Assembly: GCA_964635655.1 (NCBI GenBank)
Contig: CAZWOC010000004.1
Coordinates: forward strand, 29,521 to 93,520
DNA: 64,000 nucleotides
DNA from: an uncultured Rikenella sp.
Lineage (GTDB): Bacteria > Bacteroidota > Bacteroidia > Bacteroidales > VadinHA17
Direction: 5' to 3'
Shown: one piece after another, positions 54,085 through 61,423 of the stretch
Position numbering within the stretch: the stretch's first letter is position 1
Layout of the letters: each line of letters begins with the position of its first letter
The notes under the pieces: generated by a model
Told to the model about the DNA's origin: nothing
Seen by the model: only the letters and a program-made list of their open reading frames with translations
Database searches by the model: none
Translations under genes and position numbers: made by a program

Positions 54085-56118
54085 ATGACCAAGAACCTAA
54101 ACGAACGCGCAGCTGACAATATCCGTATTCTCTCAATGGCAATGGTTGAGAAGGCAAACTCCGGACATCCGGGTGGAGCAATGGGCGGAGCTGATTTCAT
54201 CCACATCCTTTTCTCTGAATTCCTCAGGTTTGATCCGGCAGACCCTGAATGGATCAACCGTGACCGCTTTTTCCTTGACCCGGGACATATGTCGCCTATG
54301 CTCTACTCAGTGCTGACACTTACCGGGCACTTTACGACTGATGACATAAAACAGTTCCGTCAGTGGGGAAGCATCACTCCCGGTCACCCCGAGCGTGATG
54401 TGAAACATGGTGTGGAGAACACCTCCGGACCACTGGGTCAGGGCCACACGATGGCCGTCGGAGCCGCCATTGCAGAACGGTTTCTCGCAACACGGTTCGG
54501 CAGGCTCTTCGAACACAGAATCTATACATATATCTCTGACGGCGGCATCCAGGAGGAGATTTCACAGGGCGCCGGCAGACTGGCCGGCCATCTTGGCCTG
54601 AGCAACCTGGTAATGTTCTATGACTCGAACGATATTCAGCTCTCAACCGAAACATCGGCAGTGACCTCGGAAGACACAGCCGCCAAATACAGGGCATGGG
54701 GCTGGCGCGTCATGGAGATCGACGGTCATAACCACGACCAGATACGGGGAGCCCTTCGTCTTGCGGAAGACGAAAACGAAAAACCGGTCCTTATTATCGG
54801 AAAAACCGTAATGGGAAAAGGACTTGTCGACGACGCCGGTAACAGCTTCGAAGGAAAAACCTCGACACACGGTCAGCCGGTAACACATGCAGGCGGCTCA
54901 TTTAAGAAATCAGTTGCAAATCTCGGCGGTGACCCGGAAGATCCGTTTGCCATCTTCAGCGACGTCAGAAAACTCTACGAGGATGCAATGGCTTCAAAAA
55001 AAGCAGCAGCAGCAGACTGGAAAGAGAAAAGACAAGCCTGGGCAGCGGCCAATCCGGAGGCAGCACAACTGCTTGACAGTTTCTATTCAGGAGCCGTACC
55101 GGAAATCAACTTCGCCGGGGTGGTACAGAAGGAAAATGACGCCACACGCAATGCCTCCGCGGTTCTGCTCTCACTGTTTGCAGGGAAAATACCCAACATG
55201 ATTGTCGCCTCTGCCGACCTGGCTAACTCTGACAAAACCGACGGATTCCTCAAGAAAAGCAAGCCGCTGGTCAGGGGTGATTTCTCAGGTGCATTCCTTC
55301 ATGCCGGTGTCACCGAGCTGACAATGGCAGCATTGATGAACGGCATGGCCCTCCACGGAGGCGTCATTCCAGTATGCGGCACCTTCTTCGTCTTTTCCGA
55401 CTACATGAAGCCTGCGGTAAGGCTCGCGGCGCTAATGGGTCTGCCTGTCAAGTATGTATGGACTCATGACGCCTTCCGCGTGGGTGAGGATGGCCCCACC
55501 CACCAGCCGGTGGAACAGGAGGCCCAGATAAGGCTCATGGAACACCTGAAGAACCACCATGGTGAAAACAGCATGCTGGTGCTTCGCCCTGCTGATGCAC
55601 TAGAAACGAACATCGCATGGCAGCTGGCGCTGGAAAACAAAACGACACCGACGGGACTGATACTTTCACGCCAGAATATAAAGACACTGCCGGCTGCAGG
55701 AAAGACACGCGCCGAAGCTGCAGCAATGGCCGCCAGAGGCGCCTATACAGTGACAGAGAGCGACGGCAGGCCCGACGTGATCCTCGTCGCCAGCGGTTCC
55801 GAAGTGGCAACCCTCGTGGAGGCTGCAGCCCTCCTCTCGGCTGACGGAGTAAAGTCAAGAATTGTATCAGCTCCCTCGGAAGGCCTTTTCAGACTGCAGG
55901 ATGAAAAATACCGGCACAGCATTATCACCCCGGGCATTCCGGTGTTCTGCCTGACTGCAGGACTGCCTGTGACAATGCTCGGCTTAGCCGGATCTGAAGG
56001 AAAGATATGGGGGCTGGAGAGCTTCGGTTTCTCGGCAGCCTACGGAATACTCGATCAGAAACTGGGCTTCACCGGTGAAAACATCGCAAAGGAGGTGAAG
56101 AAGTTTCTCGGGAAATAA
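54085..56118 (+). CDS. tkt: Transketolase
   Basis: 677 aa. Contains SGHPGGAMG and THDAFRVGEDGPTHQPVE. Confidence 0.92.
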   Translation: MTKNLNERAADNIRILSMAMVEKANSGHPGGAMGGADFIHILFSEFLRFDPADPEWINRDRFFLDPGHMSPMLYSVLTLTGHFTTDDIKQFRQWGSITPGHPERDVKHGVENTSGPLGQGHTMAVGAAIAERFLATRFGRLFEHRIYTYISDGGIQEEISQGAGRLAGHLGLSNLVMFYDSNDIQLSTETSAVTSEDTAAKYRAWGWRVMEIDGHNHDQIRGALRLAEDENEKPVLIIGKTVMGKGLVDDAGNSFEGKTSTHGQPVTHAGGSFKKSVANLGGDPEDPFAIFSDVRKLYEDAMASKKAAAADWKEKRQAWAAANPEAAQLLDSFYSGAVPEINFAGVVQKENDATRNASAVLLSLFAGKIPNMIVASADLANSDKTDGFLKKSKPLVRGDFSGAFLHAGVTELTMAALMNGMALHGGVIPVCGTFFVFSDYMKPAVRLAALMGLPVKYVWTHDAFRVGEDGPTHQPVEQEAQIRLMEHLKNHHGENSMLVLRPADALETNIAWQLALENKTTPTGLILSRQNIKTLPAAGKTRAEAAAMAARGAYTVTESDGRPDVILVASGSEVATLVEAAALLSADGVKSRIVSAPSEGLFRLQDEKYRHSIITPGIPVFCLTAGLPVTMLGLAGSEGKIWGLESFGFSAAYGILDQKLGFTGENIAKEVKKFLGK

Positions 56119-56134
56119 GGCCTTCATGCCTGTG

Positions 56135-56166
56135 GTGCGGTCTCATACGTGACCGCACTTTTTTTT
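56135..56166 (+). terminator. Rho-independent terminator after tkt
   Basis: GTGCGGTC (56135-56142), 8-nt loop, GACCGCAC (56151-56158), then T8. Confidence 0.8.
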
Positions 56167-56189
56167 GAGACAGTATCACCCTTTTAGTG

Positions 56190-56197
56190 TAATTTTG
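56190..56197 (+). promoter_or_regulatory. Bacteroidota -7 box TAATTTTG with an upstream TTTG
   Basis: Perfect TAnnTTTG, with a TTTG at 56164-56167 (22-nt spacing). Lies 29 nt upstream of the ATG at 56226. Confidence 0.5.
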
Positions 56198-56225
56198 AAC
56201 CGAAGGATCATTAAAACATACTGAC

Positions 56226-57236
56226 ATGAAAGTACTGAAATGGATCTTTATCGTCATCCTCGCCCTGCTTGCATTGATCACAGCTGTGGGCTTTGCAATG
56301 CCTAAGGACACAAAGGTGACAGTCACCGAAGAGATTAATCTTCCTCCCGCCAAGGTATTTCACTTCGTTGCCGGTTTCGTTGACCGCACCGTTTGGGATC
56401 CATGGATCAAGGCAGATACAGCTGTGAAATGCACGTTTGACATCGTCCCCGGTTACGTCGGATCAAAATACAACTGGGATGGGCCGGTTGTAGGAAAGGG
56501 TTCGATGCTTGTAGACTCTGTAGTCTTCGGGTCATACATCCTTAACCGGGTCTCACTGATGCCAGGGAAATTCATTCCCGAAGAATGGGTGTTCACCCCT
56601 TCGGGGAACGGGACCTTGGCTACATGGACAATTACGATGAGCTCCGGATCCCCCTTCGGCCGTCTGGCCAATAAGGCATTCTCCGGAATTATTCTGAAAA
56701 CGATGAAAAGCGGCAAGGCTGAACTGAAGACCTGGCTCGAGGCCAATGGTGTACAGCTGAGCAAACTAACCGAGATCGGAATTGAAGAGTACCCTGCCAT
56801 TGAGGCGCTGACACTCACCGCCGAAATGACGATGGATGAGATGAAGGCCTGGTATGGGCAGGGCCTCGCCAGGGTAATGGCTGAACAGCAGGCACAGAAT
56901 ATTCAGCCGCAGGGTATGCCTTTCGCACGCTATGGAGGTTATGATGAGGTAACCGGAAAATTTACGATGACAGCAGGTATGCCGGTGTCATCCGGAGGCA
57001 AATCGGCAGGTGACATCAGACTGGTGAAATACGGATCATTCGTGGCACTGAAAGGAATGCATGCCGGCCCGTATGACGAATTGACCGCAAGCTACCAGGC
57101 GCTTGAAAAATATGCTAAGGACAATGGCATCATACTCGAAGGGGTGGCTTGGGAGTATTATCTCTCCGACCCTGCCGAAGCCACAGATCCCGGCCAGCTC
57201 CTTACACTAATTGCAATGCCGCTCAAAACCAAATAG
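56226..57236 (+). CDS. Membrane-anchored SRPBCC-like plus GyrI-like (small-molecule-binding) fusion protein
   Basis: 336 aa with an N-terminal TM helix (WIFIVILALLALITAVGF). The C-terminal half resembles GyrI/AraC effector-binding domains (...VALKGMHAGPYDELTASYQALEKYAKDNG...WEYYLSDP). Confidence 0.5.
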   Translation: MKVLKWIFIVILALLALITAVGFAMPKDTKVTVTEEINLPPAKVFHFVAGFVDRTVWDPWIKADTAVKCTFDIVPGYVGSKYNWDGPVVGKGSMLVDSVVFGSYILNRVSLMPGKFIPEEWVFTPSGNGTLATWTITMSSGSPFGRLANKAFSGIILKTMKSGKAELKTWLEANGVQLSKLTEIGIEEYPAIEALTLTAEMTMDEMKAWYGQGLARVMAEQQAQNIQPQGMPFARYGGYDEVTGKFTMTAGMPVSSGGKSAGDIRLVKYGSFVALKGMHAGPYDELTASYQALEKYAKDNGIILEGVAWEYYLSDPAEATDPGQLLTLIAMPLKTK

Positions 57237-57304
57237 TTTAATTCTTTGTGCTGACTGCCTGCTGGCACTGCCGACTTCTTAATACTGACATATAAACAAT
57301 CACT

Positions 57305-57919
57305 GTGTACGACATCTCCCCGGGAGTCAAAGGACTCATATTCGATCTTGACGGAACCCTTGCCGATACAATGCCATGGCATTACCAGGCCTGGCAGAAG
57401 GCATGTGAAAGATTTGGAATAATAATGGATACTGAATTCCTGCAGGCGCAGACAGGGGCTCCGGGATGGAAAATTGCCGAGGAGGTGATTGCAATAAACG
57501 GGAAAACGGGTATCGTCTCGCCCGATGACATAATGCAGGTTAAGCTCGAAGAGTTCTATAAAATTCAGCATAATGTAACACCCATCGAACCGGTAACTGC
57601 CCTGGCACAGAAGTATTACGGGGTCCTGCCAATGGCTGTAGGTACCGGAGGACACAGAGAGGCGGTGGAAAAGACCCTGGAGATAACCGGCATCAGGAAA
57701 TACTTTGATATAATAGTGACGGCAAATGACGTGACTAACCATAAGCCGCATCCGGAGACCTTCCTCAGGTGTGCTGAACTGATGGGTGTTGCTCCTGCTG
57801 ACTGCGAGGTGTTTGAAGACGGTGACCTGGGAATAGAGGCAGCCAGACGCGCAGGGATGATTGCCACTGATGTAAGGACATGGTATGACTCTTCGTGGAC
57901 GGAAAGTCTGAGGGTCTGA
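57305..57919 (+). CDS. HAD-superfamily hydrolase (beta-phosphoglucomutase-like subfamily)
   Basis: 204 aa from a GTG start. Has HAD motif I FDLDGTLADT and a later EDGDLGIEAA block. The stop codon TGA (57917-57919) lies inside the 8-bp repeat array. Confidence 0.75.
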   Translation: MYDISPGVKGLIFDLDGTLADTMPWHYQAWQKACERFGIIMDTEFLQAQTGAPGWKIAEEVIAINGKTGIVSPDDIMQVKLEEFYKIQHNVTPIEPVTALAQKYYGVLPMAVGTGGHREAVEKTLEITGIRKYFDIIVTANDVTNHKPHPETFLRCAELMGVAPADCEVFEDGDLGIEAARRAGMIATDVRTWYDSSWTESLRV

Positions 57920-58032
57920 GGGTCTGAAGGTCTGAAGGTCTGAAGGTCTGAAAGTCTGAAAGTCTGAAGGTCTTGCGGTCTTGCAGCCTTGCGGTCAGGC
58001 AGTCTTGCGGGCAGGCGGTCGGGCGGTCTTAC
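57905..58032 (+). repeat. Tandem 8-bp repeat array, 16 units
   Basis: Units are AGTCTGAG, GGTCTGAG, GGTCTGAA x4, AGTCTGAA x2, GGTCTTGC x2, AGCCTTGC, GGTCAGGC, AGTCTTGC, GGGCAGGC, GGTCGGGC and GGTCTTAC. All were read directly with exact phasing. Confidence 0.95.
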
Positions 58033-58067
58033 ATGCAATGACCTGATTATAAACTATATAACACTAT

Positions 58068-58123
58068 TGCCTACTGCCTATTGCCTCTTGCCTAATGCCT
58101 AATGCCTAATGCCGACTGCTGAC
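58068..58123 (+). repeat. Tandem 7-bp repeat array, 8 units (TGCCTAA-type)
   Basis: Units are TGCCTAC, TGCCTAT, TGCCTCT, TGCCTAA x3, TGCCGAC and TGCTGAC. The array ends 9 nt before the ATG of mnmD. Confidence 0.95.
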
Positions 58124-58132
58124 TCTTAAAAT

Positions 58133-58792
58133 ATGGATACAAAACTTATCATAACCCAGGACGGCTCCCACACACTCTACGTGCCGGGGATGGATGAACA
58201 TTACCATTCCCGTTTCGGGGCAATTACTGAGTCAAGACACATATTCATCAACGCCGGCCTTGCAAGCATTCCCAGCTGCGACGTATCAGTCCTCGAGGTT
58301 GGCTTCGGCACCGGACTCAATGCGCTTCTTACGGCACTTTATGCCGGCCGCATGAAAATCCGGGTCAGCTTCGTCTCCCTCGAGAAATACCCCCTTGACC
58401 AGTCACTGACAGAGATGCTTAATTACGGCGCCCTGGCAGGGGAAGGAGGTGAAGAACTTTTCAGGGCAATCCACAATGCTCCCTGGGATACTCCGTCAGC
58501 GATAACTGAATGGTTCACTCTTGAAAAGAGGCTGACAGACCTGACTGATGAAAGTCCCGCAGGCAACTATGACCTCGTTTACTTCGACGCCTTCGGCCCC
58601 GACAAACAGCCGGAAATGTGGACGGAGAAGGTGTTGCGCCGCATAGCGGATGTGACCCGCCAGGGGTCAGTGTTCGTAACCTACTCAGCAAAAGGTGATC
58701 TGAAAAGAATGCTCAGGTCTCTCGGTTTTGAAGTAACACACCTTCCCGGCCCGCCGGGAAAAAGAGTCTTCACGCGGGCAGTGAAGAGATGA
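58133..58792 (+). CDS. mnmD: tRNA 5-methylaminomethyl-2-thiouridine methyltransferase (MnmD / MnmC C-terminal-domain-like, DUF752)
   Basis: 219 aa. Contains QDGSHTLYVPGMDEHYHS, VLEVGFGTGLN, DLVYFDAFGPDKQPEMW and TYSAKG. Confidence 0.75.
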   Translation: MDTKLIITQDGSHTLYVPGMDEHYHSRFGAITESRHIFINAGLASIPSCDVSVLEVGFGTGLNALLTALYAGRMKIRVSFVSLEKYPLDQSLTEMLNYGALAGEGGEELFRAIHNAPWDTPSAITEWFTLEKRLTDLTDESPAGNYDLVYFDAFGPDKQPEMWTEKVLRRIADVTRQGSVFVTYSAKGDLKRMLRSLGFEVTHLPGPPGKRVFTRAVKR

Positions 58793-58799
58793 AATTCGG

Positions 58800-58807
58800 T
58801 ATATTTG
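58800..58807 (+). promoter_or_regulatory. Bacteroidota -7 box TATATTTG
   Basis: Perfect TAnnTTTG, 60 nt upstream of the ATG at 58868. This argues against the TTG start at 58805. Confidence 0.45.
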
Positions 58808-58867
58808 CGCCACTTAATCAGTAAATATCGAAAAATCAGATACAGTCAGCAAACTAAAAATCAGATC

Positions 58868-59557
58868 ATGAAAATCAACAGGATTGTCCTCCTTATTGCC
58901 ATCACTGCAATTTCAGTCATGCCGGCAATCGGTCAGAAATCAAAACTTGTCACCTCTGATGACTCCCTCTCCTACGCCCTTGGCGTTGCCAACTACATGT
59001 ATTACAAGGGAGACAGTATCAATATCAGTACGAAAATGTTCACAAAAGGGATGACTGATGCATCAAAAGATAAACCGCTGATGAATGATACCGCTGCCAG
59101 CATCTTCATTACCAGCTACATGCAGAAACGTGAGAGAATCCGGCTTATGGCCCGGTACGGGAATGAGATAGAAGCTGCCAAAACATGGCTGTCTGACAAC
59201 GCCAGGAAGGAAGGAGTTGTCACAACAGCCAGCGGCCTGCAGTATAAAGTGCTTCAGGAAGGGACAGGAGTTGCTCCGGGACCCGAAGATATTGTCAAAG
59301 TTCATTACACTGGAAATACTATCGAAGGAAACAAGTTTGATTCATCCTATGATCGTGGTGAGCCGGCCCAGTTCAGGGTAAGCAATGTCATCCGCGGATG
59401 GGTGGAAGGTCTCCAGCTTATGAAGGAGGGCTCCAAAATGATGCTTTACATTCCGTATGACCTCGCCTATGGCGAAAGGGGGGCCGGAAATGTAATCAAA
59501 CCTTTTGAAACACTCATATTTGAAGTGGAACTGCTCGAGGTAATAAAAGAACAGTAA
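58868..59557 (+). CDS. FKBP-type peptidyl-prolyl isomerase (FkpA/Mip-like), secreted
   Basis: The ATG at 58868 gives MKINRIVLLIAITAISVMPAIGQ, a signal peptide. FKBP core: VKVHYTGNTIEGNKFDSSYDRGEP ... LIFEVELLEV. Confidence 0.85.
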   Translation: MKINRIVLLIAITAISVMPAIGQKSKLVTSDDSLSYALGVANYMYYKGDSINISTKMFTKGMTDASKDKPLMNDTAASIFITSYMQKRERIRLMARYGNEIEAAKTWLSDNARKEGVVTTASGLQYKVLQEGTGVAPGPEDIVKVHYTGNTIEGNKFDSSYDRGEPAQFRVSNVIRGWVEGLQLMKEGSKMMLYIPYDLAYGERGAGNVIKPFETLIFEVELLEVIKEQ

Positions 59558-59583
59558 TATCCCTGACTTGAACTTCAAAATAT

Positions 59584-59591
59584 TATCTTTG
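59584..59591 (+). promoter_or_regulatory. Bacteroidota -7 box TATCTTTG
   Basis: Perfect TAnnTTTG, 26 nt upstream of the ATG at 59618. Confidence 0.45.
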
Positions 59592-59617
59592 CCAGAAATC
59601 AAATTAAAACATACACG

Positions 59618-60313
59618 ATGAAAATCAAAGGTTTAGTTATTCTTGCTGTTGCAACAGCTATGATTGTATCTTCTTGCAATACAAAATCAAGCGTAACCGG
59701 CACAAAGGTCAAGAGTCCTGAAGACTCACTCGCTTACGCACTTGGCATTGCCAACTATTTCTACTATATGACTGACAGTATTGATATTGATCCCGTTTTG
59801 CTTGCAAAGGGCATGCTCGATGCAAAGGAAGGCAAGAACGGTCTTGACAATCAGGCTGCACAGGGTTACGTAATGACATATATGCAGAAGAGGCAGATTG
59901 AGCAGATGAAGAAGATGTATGGCAAGAACATTGACGAAGGTGAAAAATTCCTTTCTGAAAATAAAAAGCGTGAAGGTGTACAGGAAACAACCAGCGGACT
60001 TCAGTATGAGGTAATCACAATGGGTGCAGGCGAAAAACCGGCTGCCACCGATGCTGTTAAGGTCCACTACACCGGCACAATGGTTGACGGCACAAAATTC
60101 GAATCTTCACTTGACAGCGGCGAACCTGCACAGTTCATCGTAAACCAGGTCATTCCGGGATGGCAGGAAGCCATTCAGCTGATGCCTGTAGGATCAAAAT
60201 TCAAGTTCTACATTCCTTACGAACTGGCTTACGGCGAACAGGGACAGGGCCCGATTCCTCCCTTTTCAACACTTGTATTCGAAGTTGAGCTCCTCGAAAT
60301 TGTAAAACAATGA
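59618..60313 (+). CDS. FKBP-type peptidyl-prolyl isomerase, lipoprotein
   Basis: 231 aa with a lipoprotein signal (MIVSSC). FKBP core: [24 protein letters not shown] ... [10 protein letters not shown]. Confidence 0.85.
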   Translation: MKIKGLVILAVATAMIVSSCNTKSSVTGTKVKSPEDSLAYALGIANYFYYMTDSIDIDPVLLAKGMLDAKEGKNGLDNQAAQGYVMTYMQKRQIEQMKKMYGKNIDEGEKFLSENKKREGVQETTSGLQYEVITMGAGEKPAATDAVKVHYTGTMVDGTKFESSLDSGEPAQFIVNQVIPGWQEAIQLMPVGSKFKFYIPYELAYGEQGQGPIPPFSTLVFEVELLEIVKQ

Positions 60314-60771
60314 TATCAGCCGAGATACATACCCCGAAAGGGGTTATGAAAGCTGTTCTTTACGATGACGATGCCCCCGGCACCGTAACAAACTTCGTGA
60401 AGCTTGCCAGGCAGGGATTTTATGACGGCCTTGCATTCCACAGGGTCATTCCCGATTTCGTCATCCAGGGAGGCTGCCCCTTCTCGAAGGACATGAGTGA
60501 TCCTCGCGTGGGCACAGGCGGTCCGGGTTATAAAATCAAGTGTGAGCTTACCGGCCAGAAACAGTTCCATGACCGTGGCGTAATGTCAATGGCGCACGCT
60601 GGCAGAGACACCGGCGGTTCGCAGTTCTTCATCTGCCACAGCAGGACCAACACAAAACACCTCGACAGAAATCATACATGCTTCGGAAAGGTTGTTGAGG
60701 GTGTTGATGTGATTGACCAGATCAGGGCAGGTGACACGATCGAAAAGATAGTAATAACAGAATCGGAATAA
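60310..60771 (+). CDS. Cyclophilin-type peptidyl-prolyl isomerase
   Basis: 153 aa. Contains [28 protein letters not shown] and an HTCFGKV block. Its start overlaps the upstream stop (ATGA). Confidence 0.85.
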   Translation: MISAEIHTPKGVMKAVLYDDDAPGTVTNFVKLARQGFYDGLAFHRVIPDFVIQGGCPFSKDMSDPRVGTGGPGYKIKCELTGQKQFHDRGVMSMAHAGRDTGGSQFFICHSRTNTKHLDRNHTCFGKVVEGVDVIDQIRAGDTIEKIVITESE

Positions 60772-61154
60772 TGGAATACCAGATCACCGGCAGGGTCGCT
60801 GAAGTTTATCCGGTCAACAGGATCAATGAACGGTTCCGCAAGCGCGAATTCGTCATTGAACATAAGGAGAGCGGAAGCGGACAGGCTTATGTCGACTTCA
60901 TCAAGTTTCAGCTCACGCAGGAAAAGTGCGAGATAATTGATGAGTCATGGCTGAGGCAGGAGGTGACAGTCACATTCAACATCAGGGGTAACCGGTGGGA
61001 AAAGAACGGTGTGGCGAATTACATCACCAACCTCAATGCACTGGCGATAACAAGGGGAATAGCAGTTACAGAGAATGGCCAGCAGGCCATTGTCAACCCG
61101 CATCTCGAGGATGCCCCATCCCCCAGCCCGGAGATGGACGACCTGCCATTCTGA
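60771..61154 (+). CDS. DUF3127-family small protein (OB-fold-like)
   Basis: 127 aa. N-terminus MEYQITGRV...FRKREFVIE...FIKFQLTQEKC matches my memory of Bacteroidota DUF3127 proteins. Start overlaps the upstream stop (TAATG). Confidence 0.55.
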   Translation: MEYQITGRVAEVYPVNRINERFRKREFVIEHKESGSGQAYVDFIKFQLTQEKCEIIDESWLRQEVTVTFNIRGNRWEKNGVANYITNLNALAITRGIAVTENGQQAIVNPHLEDAPSPSPEMDDLPF

Positions 61155-61177
61155 TCTGTATCCTGACAAAACAACAG

Positions 61178-61207
61178 TGCCACATCCTTACGGGTGTGGC
61201 ATTTTTG
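61178..61207 (+). terminator. Rho-independent terminator after the PPIase/DUF3127 operon
   Basis: TGCCACATCC / GGGTGTGGCA stem (one G-U pair), TTAC loop, then TTTTT. Confidence 0.75.
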
Positions 61208-61394
61208 TTATATCAGGCAAGAGCCGATAGAGGGCCGGGCGTTTAAAATGACGCGGTGGGTCATTTTAGCGTATAATAATTAAATTGCACGGCTAATCTA
61301 AAGGAAGGAGCCGGCTTGGAAGGAAGGCAACCGGCAATAGTGCCGGCAATAAATTCTAACCCGGACATTCCAATTCCCAGATCGTAAATCCTGT

Positions 61395-61402
61395 TATATT
61401 TG
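61395..61402 (+). promoter_or_regulatory. Bacteroidota -7 box TATATTTG
   Basis: Perfect TAnnTTTG, 21 nt upstream of the ATG at 61424. Confidence 0.45.
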
Positions 61403-61423
61403 CCAAAATCACATCCCTGACCC

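Noticed and set aside
57616-58038. 140-aa minus-strand ORF with repeated LQTFRLSD / PARLPDRK segments
   Set aside because: It exists only because the complement of the 8-bp tandem array has no stop codons, and the rest is antisense to the HAD gene. It is not a credible gene.
57905-58123. Possible CRISPR array, given the regular short repeats
   Set aside because: The units are 7-8 bp and directly abutting with no spacers, and no cas genes are nearby. These are microsatellite-like tandem repeats, not CRISPR.
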